The notes: generated by a model from the letters alone, not told the origin. A stretch of DNA of 64,000 bases from Planctomycetota bacterium (GCA_016860685.1 BOJX01000004.1:570-64569); one strand, 5' to 3'; numbered from the stretch's first letter, positions 10,435-19,257 are shown. Numbers and translations are program-made.

Positions 10435-11019
10435 ATGAGGAGCCAGACGAAAAAAGAGGTTCTGACGACCGGTCAGATCGCGCGCATCTGCAAAGTCGCT
10501 CCCCGCACCGTCGCCAAGTGGTTCGACACCGGCGAACTGCACGGCTACCGCATCCCCGGAAGCCGCGACCGCCGCGTCCCCGTCAAGGAGCTGGTCCAGT
10601 TCATGCGTGCTCACGGGCTTCCCCTCGAAGCCCTTCCTCCGGACCGCGCGTCGATCGTCGTCCTCGATTCCCGGGAGGCGCCGGGCGCGGGAGCGGACGT
10701 GGATCCCTGGCGCTTGGCTTTTCACGACCGCCCCGACCTCGATCTGCACGTCGCCGCCACCGCATTGGAGGCAGGGCTTCTGATCGCCCGCTTCGATCCG
10801 CGCGTCGTTTTTCTGGACGCGGATGCTCCGGGGCTGGATCTCGGGCTGACGCCGCTCCTGATCCGCAACGAGTCGGCGGAAACGCCAACGAAGCTGGTGG
10901 CGTTCGGCGCTCCGCGCTCCGCCGACCAGGTGAAAACTCTGCTCGACGCGGGCTTTCACGGCTGGCTGCCCCGGCCTGTCGCCGCCGACGACCTGCGCCG
11001 CTTTATGCAACGCCCGTAG
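10435..11019 (+). CDS. DNA-binding protein: N-terminal excisionase/MerR-type HTH plus C-terminal receiver-like domain
   Basis: LTTGQIARICKVAPRTVAKWFDTGELHGYRIPGSRDRRVPVKELVQF is an HTH_17-like segment. The C-terminal half has an alternating beta/alpha pattern with SIVVLDS, RVVFLDAD, KLVAFGAP and GWLPRP resembling REC strands. The start is ambiguous between TTG 10426 and ATG 10435. Confidence 0.6.
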   Translation: MRSQTKKEVLTTGQIARICKVAPRTVAKWFDTGELHGYRIPGSRDRRVPVKELVQFMRAHGLPLEALPPDRASIVVLDSREAPGAGADVDPWRLAFHDRPDLDLHVAATALEAGLLIARFDPRVVFLDADAPGLDLGLTPLLIRNESAETPTKLVAFGAPRSADQVKTLLDAGFHGWLPRPVAADDLRRFMQRP

Positions 11020-11101
11020 CCGGAGCGGTTACGGCGACGGTCCCGCAGGATCCTCGGTCCCGTCGCCTGACTCTCCTTCGGGCCCCGGTCGCCGGGCGTT
11101 G

Positions 11102-11115
11102 AGTTCATATGAACT
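11102..11115. repeat. Perfect 14-nt palindrome agttcatatgaact
   Basis: Read directly. It lies 83 nt downstream of the HTH gene stop in non-coding DNA. Confidence 0.6.
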
Positions 11116-11441
11116 TCCGGGTTCACGTAGATCCTCACGGCGAGAGATTCCGCCTCGCCAGCACAACCGGGCATCACCAATCCCCGGGCGGCCTCTGCGC
11201 CATGTCTCTCGTCGATCGTCCCTCCCTCGTCGCATTCCAAGGATCATCTGCAAGCCTCAGCCCCGGACGATCTTCCGGCGGCCGTAGTGTCCCGAGTTGC
11301 AAATTCGTTGCTCAATTCAGGCCCTGATCAAGCGTGAATTCTTGGCCTTCTTGTGCAATAAAACACTCGAAATGCCGTGTTTTGCAGGGAAACAACACCC
11401 GCGCGGCGTCGGCCGCGCTGTACTGCAAGGAGGCCTTTCGA

Positions 11442-11830
11442 GTGAGCAAGAGTAGAGCGAAAAGACTGGCGGAACGCAAGCGGCGGATGGCGTGGCGGTT
11501 GCGGGAGCGGGCGTGGGGGGATCAGCCGCGACCGATGCTGAAGGCGCGGAACATCCGCTACGAGCTGACGGACAAGGCCCGCGGGCTGGGCGAGGAGGTG
11601 GCGGAGTTCGAGCACGCGCCGCAGGCGTGTCGCCGCTCCTACCGCATGATCGTGGTGCGCAAGCGGATCGCGGTGGAAAAGGGGCAGGAGCGGCTGTTTA
11701 CGGACTACCGGTACGTCTTCACCATCACCAATGATCGAGCGCACGTTTGCAGCACGGTCGTCGAGACGGCGCACGGCCGGTGTGACCAGGAGAACCTCAT
11801 CGATCAGCTCAAACACGGGGTGCGTGCCGG
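11442..11830 (+). pseudogene. Relic of an IS1380-family (DDE group 1) transposase, internally deleted and 3'-truncated
   Basis: N-terminal signature RKRRMAWRLRERAWGDQPRPMLKARNIRYELTDKARGLG is fused directly to a distal block YRMIVVRKRIAVEKGQERLFTDYRYVFTITNDRAHVCSTVVETAHGRCDQENLIDQLKHGVRA. After that the reading frame degenerates. Lower-GC flanks are present. Family assignment is from memory of these motifs. Confidence 0.6.
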
Positions 11831-12071
11831 CGCTGGGGGTCCGCGGGGGGCGGCGCGTGGTGTTCAAGCTGCTGTCGTGGAATCCGTGGCAACACGTGCT
11901 GCTGCGAGCGGCGGAGGCGTTGTGCCGCCCGCTGCCGACCGCGGAGGCCCGCTGCTGTCCGCTGCGCTGTTGAGGTCGCCGACGGGTGCCGGGGTCCGGA
12001 TGCCTCGGTTCGGATCGGTCTTTTTGAAAACACAAACGAGGTGTGAATGCCGCAAACCACAACTTGCCGCC

Positions 12072-12191
12072 GCTTATTACTCCGGTCATCAAATAGTTTA
12101 CATCGCGTATGGCGAACTGTAGAGATTTCAGCATGACTCGACGATTCGAGGAGTTCCGAGTGTAAACGATTTGATGACCCCATTAATAAGC
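12072..12191. repeat. Imperfect 33-nt inverted repeat forming a long hairpin in AT-richer non-coding DNA
   Basis: Arm 1 is gcttattactccggtcatcaaatagtttaca (12072 onward). The reverse complement of arm 2 is gcttattaatggggtcatcaaatcgtttaca (ends 12191). About 27/33 positions match, with a roughly 50-nt spacer. Confidence 0.6.
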
Positions 12192-12662
12192 GACCGCCCG
12201 GCCGCCCCCTCTCGCCGCGCGCCGCAAACGCGGCGGTCGTGACGCAGAAAAAGGCCGATCATTCACGCTTGATTTGGGACTAATCTCGACATCGCTCTGG
12301 TGCCTTCCACCGGTTATTTCATGTGCCTTCAGGTATACTCCGGCGGTGACTGGGTTTTCACCATTCGCAGCAGTTTCTACTCGCACAACGGAGCGGACGG
12401 CCACCTCCGGGACGGGCCGGCAGACGAAAGCGAAGGGGACGGGTAGGTGGTGCGGCGCAGCAGGAGGGTTCCTGTTGCCTTTCCTGATACGCTTCCTGAC
12501 CGGCGGGGTTGAATGCGGCGACAGCGGTCGCCCGCTCCGATGGCGGCGAGGGATGCGATCATGAAACCGAGCGCGTTATTTTCCTCGACGTGGGCTTCCA
12601 CAGCGGCGACGCCGTCGGAGCATCATCTTGGCGGCGGAAACGGTCGAGACCCCGCGGTGCTC

Positions 12663-13073
12663 ATGTCTTCAGCGCAGGTGGATCGGATGCGCCGGTACGT
12701 GGAATCGGGCTTTCCTGAGGAATGCTGCGGAGTGCTGATCGGTGTGCGCGAGGCGTCGCTCGTGCGCATCAGCGACGTGATTTGCGCGGCGAACATCGCC
12801 GAGGGCGATCGGCGACGCCGGTACCAGGTGGCGTGGGAGGCGCTCTTCACTGCGTACCGGCAGGCCGAGGCGGCGGGACGGACCGTTATCGGCGTCTTTC
12901 ATTCGCACCCGGACGGGACGGACTCGCCCAGCGACATTGACACGCACGAGGCGCTCGACGACTTCCTCTACGTTATCGTGCCGATGGGGGAAGGCATCGC
13001 CGGCTCGCCGCGGGCGTGGCGCTTCGCCGACGGCGGATTCGTCCCGGGCGACCTGGTCATTGAAGGCGTCTGA
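12663..13073 (+). CDS. JAB/MPN (Mov34) family metallopeptidase (136 aa)
   Basis: Catalytic Glu context FPEECCGVLIG and JAMM motif HSHPDGTDSPSDID. The start is trimmed to ATG 12663. Confidence 0.85.
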   Translation: MSSAQVDRMRRYVESGFPEECCGVLIGVREASLVRISDVICAANIAEGDRRRRYQVAWEALFTAYRQAEAAGRTVIGVFHSHPDGTDSPSDIDTHEALDDFLYVIVPMGEGIAGSPRAWRFADGGFVPGDLVIEGV

Positions 13074-13179
13074 CGACGGCGCGGGCATTCCGGCGTGCGT
13101 CAATCAGACCGCCCGAGAAGCTCTGAAGCGTCGCCGTCGAAGCCTCCGCCGGACTTTTCGACGCTTCACGGTTGACCGG

Positions 13180-13251
13180 CTCGACGGCGTCAGGATCGCC
13201 ACCGAGGTGGACCAGCCGGGCATGCTCGGCCAGATCATTCACCAGGTTCCG
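13180..13251 (+). repeat. 72-nt copy of a cpaE 5' coding segment (inverted relative to cpaE)
   Basis: 70/72 nt identical to the reverse complement of 18868-18939. It would encode LDGVRIATEVDQPGMLGQIIHQVP. Flanks show no similarity. Confidence 0.9.
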
Positions 13252-13382
13252 TCGATTTCCCGGCTTGATCGTAAGTTCAAGCGAATCCAACGCCCGCCAA
13301 CCGGAGTCCGGTGGAGACTCAGGTCCGCTCTTTACGTCGGCCCCCGCGCGCGCCTGGGCTTCGACCCGCGAAGCCGGCGGCT

Positions 13383-13988
13383 TCACCTTCCGAACCAACG
13401 TCGCCGCTTCGGTACGGCTGGGGGCTCCGCGAGCTGGTTCCGCATCCGTCGGATCGAAGGAAGCCGGGCGCGTAGGTCCACCAGCCGCTGGCGCGAGAAC
13501 TCGGCCGGGTGCTCCGACATCCGGCGGCGCGACGCCTCACTGAAGAACGCCTCGGGTGGCGGCAGGTCGCTGTCCTGCCGGTAAAACTTCAGCGCCTCCT
13601 CAAGGCATTGCGCCGCCTCAAGACCCAGGCGGCGGGCTTCGGCTCGATCCGCGACCGCCGCCGCTTTCGCCGTAATGATCCGAAACAACGTCACCCACTG
13701 CGCCACGTCCAGAATGTCGGACGGTTCGTCGGTGGGATTGAGGACGACGACCTCCCCCTCGACGCCCGTGCCGCGCGGCAGAACCGCGCGAAGATCTCTT
13801 TTCCGAGCGCACGCGGTGCAGACGATCGGGACCGTCAGCTCCAGCACCTCCCCGGGTTCGCTCACCCGACGCCCGTCGCCTCCCTGGAGCGGTCCGCGCC
13901 CGCAATCCGGGCACGGCGTCGCCAGCAGGTAAAGGTGAACCTCCCCGAGGCTGTGGGCGGTGATGGCGTCAGGCAGGGGAGAGGACAT
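13383..13988 (-). CDS. Hypothetical protein with CPDC...CTAC zinc-ribbon-like N-terminal half and helical C-terminal half
   Basis: ORF with balanced composition and no family recognised. The start is set at ATG 13988 because the longer ORF would run into the intergenic repeat at 14022-14130. Confidence 0.45.
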   Translation of the reverse strand: MSSPLPDAITAHSLGEVHLYLLATPCPDCGRGPLQGGDGRRVSEPGEVLELTVPIVCTACARKRDLRAVLPRGTGVEGEVVVLNPTDEPSDILDVAQWVTLFRIITAKAAAVADRAEARRLGLEAAQCLEEALKFYRQDSDLPPPEAFFSEASRRRMSEHPAEFSRQRLVDLRARLPSIRRMRNQLAEPPAVPKRRRWFGR

Positions 13989-14021
13989 ACGCACGCTTCG
14001 CTCAGGCGGACCACTAACACC

Positions 14022-14130
14022 TTGTTTCAAAACCCGCGTGAAAGGCCCGAAAAGCACGCTTCTTTACGGGCGCGGCTCGGTTTTGAAACAACGCCCAAGG
14101 GACGTCCCGCCGTCGCGGGAGTGAAGCCCC
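14022..14130 (+). repeat. Intergenic palindromic repeat element, copy A
   Basis: Arms gtttcaaaacc (14024-14034) and ggttttgaaac (14079-14089) enclose an inner hairpin cccgaaaagcacgcttctttacggg. The tail is ...cgcgggagtgaagccc. Related copies occur at 31381-31552 and 38087-38258. Confidence 0.8.
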
Positions 14131-14251
14131 CGTGACCATCATACTCCCGCGGCGCTCCCTGTCTGCCCCTCAGAGCCTGTTCGTCAGGCCCCGCGTGAGT
14201 TCGCGAGGAATTTACGAGCCTCGCGCGTCCCCGCGCTGTTGTGCGCCGTGG

Positions 14252-15205
14252 TTATCCCTGCCCCATCACGGCCGGGTTGTCCTTGAGCGTCTGAATCATC
14301 TTCAGCGCCGCGGGGCCCGCCAGGACGACGAGAATCGCAGGAAAGATGAAAAGGATCAGCGGCGCCATCAGTTTCACCGTGGTCTTCTGGGCGCGTTCCT
14401 CGGCGGCCTGGCGGCGCTTCGTGCGCAGGGTCTCGGCCTGCGTGCGCAGGGCGCGGGCGATGCTGGTTCCGAAGCGCTCCGCCTGGTTGATGATGGCGAC
14501 GAGCGAGCGCATCTCCGACACGCCGGTGCGGTTGGCGAGGTTGCCGAGGGCTTCGGCGCGGGGAATGCCCATCTGGCTTTCAAGCGTGACGATCTGAAGC
14601 TCCTCGGCGAGCGTCGGATGCACCTGGCGCAGCTCGTCTCCGACCCGCTGGATCGCGGCGTCGAGGGCGAGCCCGGACTCGACGGAGATGACCATCAGGT
14701 CCAGGGCGTCGGGAATGCCGTTGCGGACGGTCTCCGCGCGTTTTCCCGCGGCCATCGACAGCCACAGGTTCGGCGCCATGAATCCCGCGCCCATGCAGAA
14801 CACGACGATGCCCAAGGCCTTGGTCAGTTCGTCGCCGCGCGCCCAGACGAAGAAGCCGGCGACGACCGCCGCGAGCACGGCGATGACCGTCTTGCTGGCG
14901 AGGAACATCGAGGCCGCGTTGTCCCGGCGGAACCCGGCGTTGGCGAGCTTGAGGCGGAGCTTTGACATCTCCTCCGGGCTTTTCGGCATCACCGGGCGCA
15001 TCGCCAGCGGGGCGAACTTCTTCACCACCTGCTGCGTGACGGAGGCCTTCGCGCGCTTGCGGATTTCTCCCACGTCGTCCTTGCGCGAACGTCCGACAAT
15101 GCGGCGCTTGATCGTCTCCTGATCCGACTTCTGCGCAGGCCAGAGGGCGTAGACGATCAGCCCGAGGCTTCCCGCGATCAAACCGGCGATCATGTAAATT
15201 GACAT
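14252..15205 (-). CDS. tadC: Tad pilus inner-membrane platform protein TadC (T2SS-F family)
   Basis: 317 aa with an N-terminal TM, a cytoplasmic domain and C-terminal TM pairs. It is paralogous to the adjacent gene and sits at the end of the tad locus. Confidence 0.85.
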   Translation of the reverse strand: MSIYMIAGLIAGSLGLIVYALWPAQKSDQETIKRRIVGRSRKDDVGEIRKRAKASVTQQVVKKFAPLAMRPVMPKSPEEMSKLRLKLANAGFRRDNAASMFLASKTVIAVLAAVVAGFFVWARGDELTKALGIVVFCMGAGFMAPNLWLSMAAGKRAETVRNGIPDALDLMVISVESGLALDAAIQRVGDELRQVHPTLAEELQIVTLESQMGIPRAEALGNLANRTGVSEMRSLVAIINQAERFGTSIARALRTQAETLRTKRRQAAEERAQKTTVKLMAPLILFIFPAILVVLAGPAALKMIQTLKDNPAVMGQG

Positions 15206-15293
15206 TCGTGCTCTCCTCGCCAGACCGTTCTACGCGACCGTATCCACTTTGCCCGTTGCCTTGTTGCCTCGCACCTCGTCGCCTCGTTGCCTG

Positions 15294-16280
15294 TCACACC
15301 TTGATATTCACAATCCACCGGATCATCGCCAGACCCATCAACTGCATGCCGCCCGCCACCATCAGAAGGATTTTCCCCGTCGGATCCTCAAGCAGCACGC
15401 TCGCGTACTTCGGGTTCAGGTACATGCATCCGAAGAACACCAGGAAAGGCAGAGCGAAAAGCACCCACCCGGACAGCCGCCCCTCCGCCGTCAGACCCTG
15501 CACCATGCCGAACAGCTCGATGCGCGACCGGATGACGCCGCCGATGTTGTCGATGACTTCCGCCAGGTCGCCGCCCGTCTGACGCTGGATCAGCACCGCG
15601 GTGACGAAGAACTTGACGTCCAGCAGGTCCAGCCGGTTCGCCATCGACACGAGGGCCTCCTCGATCTTCAACCCGAGGTTCTGCTCGTGATAGACCCGGC
15701 CGAACTCCTTGGCGATCGGGTTGGGCATCTGCTCGTGGACGAGCTGCACGGCGCTCGCCAGCGAGTGCCCGGCGCGCAACGCCTGCGACATCATCTCGAA
15801 GACGTCGGGCAGCTGGTTCGTAATCTTCTTGAGGCGCTTCTTGCGCATGAAGGAGAGGAACATCAACGGCATGAACATGATCGCCACGGCGCAGCCGACC
15901 GCCGCCAGCGGACTCGCCTGGATCAGCAGCAACCCGCCCATGACGACGATCGCCGCCACGCCGAGATTCATCAGGGTTTTTGAGGCGGACCAGTCCACGT
16001 CGGCCTGATCGAGAAGCTGCTGAAGACGGTTGACGACGCTGAGTTTCCCGAGCAGCTGGTCCGCGAAGGACTTCGCCTCGCTCCCCGCGGCGCGCCGCAG
16101 GATCGAGGCCTTCTCCTTGTCCGCCTTCTTCGCGCTGACGCCGCGCAGACGCTCCTGAATCTTCTTCTGCCCGGTGATCTTCGACTCGGAGATCACCTGG
16201 TAGATGCCGTAGCACAGCAGCATCGACCCCAGCAGCGGCAGGAGAAGATAAAGCAGGTTTTGTACAGATGCCAGAATCAT
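15294..16280 (-). CDS. tadB: Tad pilus inner-membrane platform protein TadB (T2SS-F family)
   Basis: 328 aa with the same architecture as TadC. It lies immediately downstream of cpaF. Confidence 0.85.
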   Translation of the reverse strand: MILASVQNLLYLLLPLLGSMLLCYGIYQVISESKITGQKKIQERLRGVSAKKADKEKASILRRAAGSEAKSFADQLLGKLSVVNRLQQLLDQADVDWSASKTLMNLGVAAIVVMGGLLLIQASPLAAVGCAVAIMFMPLMFLSFMRKKRLKKITNQLPDVFEMMSQALRAGHSLASAVQLVHEQMPNPIAKEFGRVYHEQNLGLKIEEALVSMANRLDLLDVKFFVTAVLIQRQTGGDLAEVIDNIGGVIRSRIELFGMVQGLTAEGRLSGWVLFALPFLVFFGCMYLNPKYASVLLEDPTGKILLMVAGGMQLMGLAMIRWIVNIKV

Positions 16281-16361
16281 GTCATTAACCCCTGATCTGA
16301 GTCAGTTCCCTCTGCCGCTGTCCGCCCCCAAAACCCAAAATCCCGAACCCTGAACCCGGGC

Positions 16362-17783
16362 TTACTCGTCGTCCGTCATCAGGATCTGCCGGTCGAACAT
16401 CCCCGTGTCCACCGTCTGCCCGCAGGCCTTCAACCGGTCGAGGAAGCCCGGACGGATGCCCGTCGCCACGAAGTGCCCGTAAGCCTTGCCCTTGCTGTTG
16501 ATCCCGACCTGCTCGAAGGCGAACAAGTCCTGCATCGTGATGACGTCGCCCTCCATCCCCTGCACTTCGGTGATCGTCACGATCTTCCGCGGACCGCCCG
16601 TGAGGCGCTGCGCCTGCACGATCAGGTGGATCGCCGACGCGAACTGATTACGGATTGCGCGGACGGGAAGCTCGAACCCCGCCATCATCACCATCGTCTC
16701 GACACGCTGCACCGCGTCCCGCGTCGAGTTGGCGTGGATCGTCGTCAGCGACCCGTCGTGACCGGTGTTCATCGCCTGAAGCATGTCCAGCGTCTCCGGT
16801 CCGCGGCACTCGCCGACCACGATCCGGTCCGGGCGCATACGCAGCGAGTTGATGAGCAGATCGCGGATCGTGATCTGCCCTTTGCCTTCGATATTCGGCG
16901 GGCGCGTCTCCAGGCGCACCACGTGAGGTTGACGCAGTTGAAGCTCCGCCGCATCCTCGATCGTGACGATGCGCTCCTCCAGCGGAATGAACGACGAGAG
17001 GTTGTTCAGCAGCGTCGTCTTCCCCGATCCCGTGCCCCCCACGATCAGGATGTTCAGGTGCGCCTTCACGCACGCTTCCAGAAAATCCCGCATCTCCTGC
17101 GTCACGGACTTCCACCCGATGTAGTCGTCCCACGTCACCGGGTCGCGCCCGAAACGCCGGATCGACACGCTCGCCCCGTCGATCGCCAGCGGGGGGATCA
17201 CCGCGTTGACGCGGCTCCCGTCCTTCAGACGAGCGTCCACCAGCGGACACGTCTCGTCGCAGCGCCGCCCCACCGCGCTGACGATCTTGTCGATGACGTG
17301 CATCAGATGCGCGTTGTCGCGGAACTCGACGCTGGTCAGCTCCAGGCGCCCGCGGCGTTCGACGAACACCTGCTTCGGACCGTTGATGAGGATGTCCGAT
17401 ATGTGCGGATCCTTCAGAAGCACTTCCAGCGGTCCCAGTCCGAACGTCTCGTCGAGCACCTCGGCGATCAGCCGCTGACGCTCGGTGAAGTTCAGTAGCG
17501 TATTCTCCTGATCCGCCAGTTGCGTGACCACTTCGCGGACCTGCTCGCGCAGCGTCTCCTCGTCGCCGACCATCCGGGAGAGGTCGAGCTGCTCGATCAG
17601 CTTCCGGTGGAGCTGCGTCTTCAATTCGTTGAAACGGTCGATCTTCTCCCGCGAGACCTTCGGCTTGGGCGCGGCGGGCGCAGCCGGGGCGGCGGCGGGT
17701 TTCCCCGATTCCGCGGGCTTGCCCGGCGCCGGCGGCGCCGCGAGCGCGGGCTTCAACGTGGCGGTCGCTCTTTTCCCGAACAT
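16362..17783 (-). CDS. cpaF: Tad pilus secretion ATPase CpaF/TadA
   Basis: Walker [14 protein letters not shown]. Also shows the Asp-box, Walker B and His-box pattern ([34 protein letters not shown]) typical of VirB11/GspE-like ATPases. Confidence 0.93.
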   Translation of the reverse strand: MFGKRATATLKPALAAPPAPGKPAESGKPAAAPAAPAAPKPKVSREKIDRFNELKTQLHRKLIEQLDLSRMVGDEETLREQVREVVTQLADQENTLLNFTERQRLIAEVLDETFGLGPLEVLLKDPHISDILINGPKQVFVERRGRLELTSVEFRDNAHLMHVIDKIVSAVGRRCDETCPLVDARLKDGSRVNAVIPPLAIDGASVSIRRFGRDPVTWDDYIGWKSVTQEMRDFLEACVKAHLNILIVGGTGSGKTTLLNNLSSFIPLEERIVTIEDAAELQLRQPHVVRLETRPPNIEGKGQITIRDLLINSLRMRPDRIVVGECRGPETLDMLQAMNTGHDGSLTTIHANSTRDAVQRVETMVMMAGFELPVRAIRNQFASAIHLIVQAQRLTGGPRKIVTITEVQGMEGDVITMQDLFAFEQVGINSKGKAYGHFVATGIRPGFLDRLKACGQTVDTGMFDRQILMTDDE

Positions 17784-17835
17784 CAGCTTGCTTCTCCTTC
17801 ACGCGCCCCGATACCTTCCTGAAAGCGCGACAGCG

Positions 17836-19017
17836 CTACGCCAAGGCGCGCGATTTTGATCCCTTCTTTGTCTCCTTGACCGGACGGGATTCCGCCGGCG
17901 GAGCCACAAGAAGCTCCGCCAGGTCGCGGATCGCCTGCCGCACCTTGCTCTTCGGACTGTACGTCAGCAGCGGAACGCCCAGATTGACCGCCCCGCCCAT
18001 CGTGGACCAGTCGTCCGGCAGCGTCGCCGTCGGCTGGATGTTCAGCGTCGTCGCCACGTCGTCCACCGACAGGTGCGCCGACTCCTTGCCCACACGGTTG
18101 CACACGAGGCGCAGCCGATCGAGGTTGTATCCCGCGTCGCGCATCGCATCGACGATCCGCACCGTGTTGCGCACACTCGGCACGAGCAGTTGCACCAGCA
18201 GCAGGTTGAGGTCCGCCAGGTCCAGCACCGACTGCGCCCCCACGTCGAACCGCGTCGGACCGTCCAGCACCACGTAGTCATTGAACTGCACCAGCGACGA
18301 CAGCACCCCGACGCAGTGCGCCGCGGTCATCGCGTCGGCCTGCGCCAGGTGCGCCGGCCGCGTCAGCGCCCGCACGCCCGTGTCGTGTCGGATGAGCGCC
18401 TTCTCGATCACCGACTGCTCCACTTGCTCCACCGTGTTGCACAGGTCCGCCAGCGTGTACGAAGGCTCAAGGTCCAGGAACGTCGCCACCTGTCCGAAAC
18501 GGTAGTCCAGATCCACCACGACCACCCGCCCGCCGGAGACGTCCGCCAGCTCCACCGCGAGGTTCACCGCCAGCGTCGTCGATCCCTGCCCGCCGCACCC
18601 GCTGAGGATCGAGATCAGCTTGCCGTGCGGGGGCTTCTCGCTACGCTGCATCACCACGCGCTCGGTCGCCTCAACCAGCGTCGCGGGGTCCAGCGGTTTC
18701 GGAAGGAACTCGCGGATGCCCTTCCGCATCACCTCGATAATGAGCTTGCCGTCGGTGTTTGCGGACGTGGCGAAGACCGCAAGCTGCGGGTTGGCGGTGA
18801 TCAGGTCGCCGACCAGGCTGAGCACCATCCGCGGGTCCGGATCCAGATTCAGAAGCAGAATCTCCGCCGGAACCTGGTGAATGATCTGACCGAGCATGCC
18901 CGGCTGGTCCACCTCGGCGGCGATCCTGACGCCGTCGAGCTTCAGCAGCAGCCCGCGAAGCTGCGCCGCAAAGGACTCGTCGGAATTGAGAATGATGAAT
19001 CGGACGCCCGTCGCCAT
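17836..19017 (-). CDS. cpaE: CpaE/TadZ-like pilus localisation protein (atypical receiver plus MinD/ParA-like domain)
   Basis: N-terminal REC-like fold, then a ParA-like domain with P-loop-equivalent SGCGGQGSTTLAVNLA. Located between tadG-like genes and cpaF. Confidence 0.85.
   Translation of the reverse strand: MATGVRFIILNSDESFAAQLRGLLLKLDGVRIAAEVDQPGMLGQIIHQVPAEILLLNLDPDPRMVLSLVGDLITANPQLAVFATSANTDGKLIIEVMRKGIREFLPKPLDPATLVEATERVVMQRSEKPPHGKLISILSGCGGQGSTTLAVNLAVELADVSGGRVVVVDLDYRFGQVATFLDLEPSYTLADLCNTVEQVEQSVIEKALIRHDTGVRALTRPAHLAQADAMTAAHCVGVLSSLVQFNDYVVLDGPTRFDVGAQSVLDLADLNLLLVQLLVPSVRNTVRIVDAMRDAGYNLDRLRLVCNRVGKESAHLSVDDVATTLNIQPTATLPDDWSTMGGAVNLGVPLLTYSPKSKVRQAIRDLAELLVAPPAESRPVKETKKGSKSRALA
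18868..18939 (-). repeat. cpaE-internal copy (codons 27-50) of the 72-nt inverted duplicate
   Basis: See 13180-13251. The two mismatches are G/A and T/C. Confidence 0.9.
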
Positions 19018-19224
19018 GAGCTGAACCGCTTCCTCCCGATCCGCCGCCGGTCCCCTAACCGCAGGGACGCTGACGTGAGGTCGGCTCCAACTACATCGGA
19101 GGCCGCGCTCCGCGCCTCGACTCCCCCAGCGTCCGGGAACGCAGCCATCGTCCGATCAGCGCACACCTTCCCTGAGGGGTCGATAATCCGTCCCGTCGCG
19201 CTCGCGGATGACGTTCCAATGCAA

Positions 19225-19257
19225 GCGGGCGGATCGTCGTCCTGACGACCCGCCCGC
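19225..19257 (-). other. Stem-loop between the tadG-vWA gene and cpaE
   Basis: gcgggcgg (19225-19232) pairs with ccgcccgc (19250-19257), with an inner gtcgtc/gacgac helix. There is no clear U-tract. Confidence 0.35.

Noticed and set aside
11334-12122. 262-aa ORF as an intact transposase.
   Set aside because: Only two short blocks resemble IS1380-type transposases. The catalytic middle is missing and the C-terminal third is compositionally aberrant, so it is called a pseudogene.
12937-13584. 215-aa plus-strand ORF containing the peptide LDGVRIATEVDQPGMLGQIIHQVP.
   Set aside because: The ORF starts inside the JAB gene in another frame and is Arg-rich junk apart from the 24 residues contributed by the duplicated cpaE fragment. 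It is treated as a DNA repeat, not a gene.
14022-14089. CRISPR repeats, because the arms begin GTTTCAAA and end TTTGAAAC.
   Set aside because: The copies are single and kilobases apart. There is no regular repeat-spacer periodicity and no cas genes. The two arms are complementary parts of one hairpin.
13180-18939. A diversity-generating retroelement (template and variable repeat pair).
   Set aside because: There are only two mismatches, and they do not follow an adenine-specific pattern on one strand. No reverse transcriptase gene is nearby.
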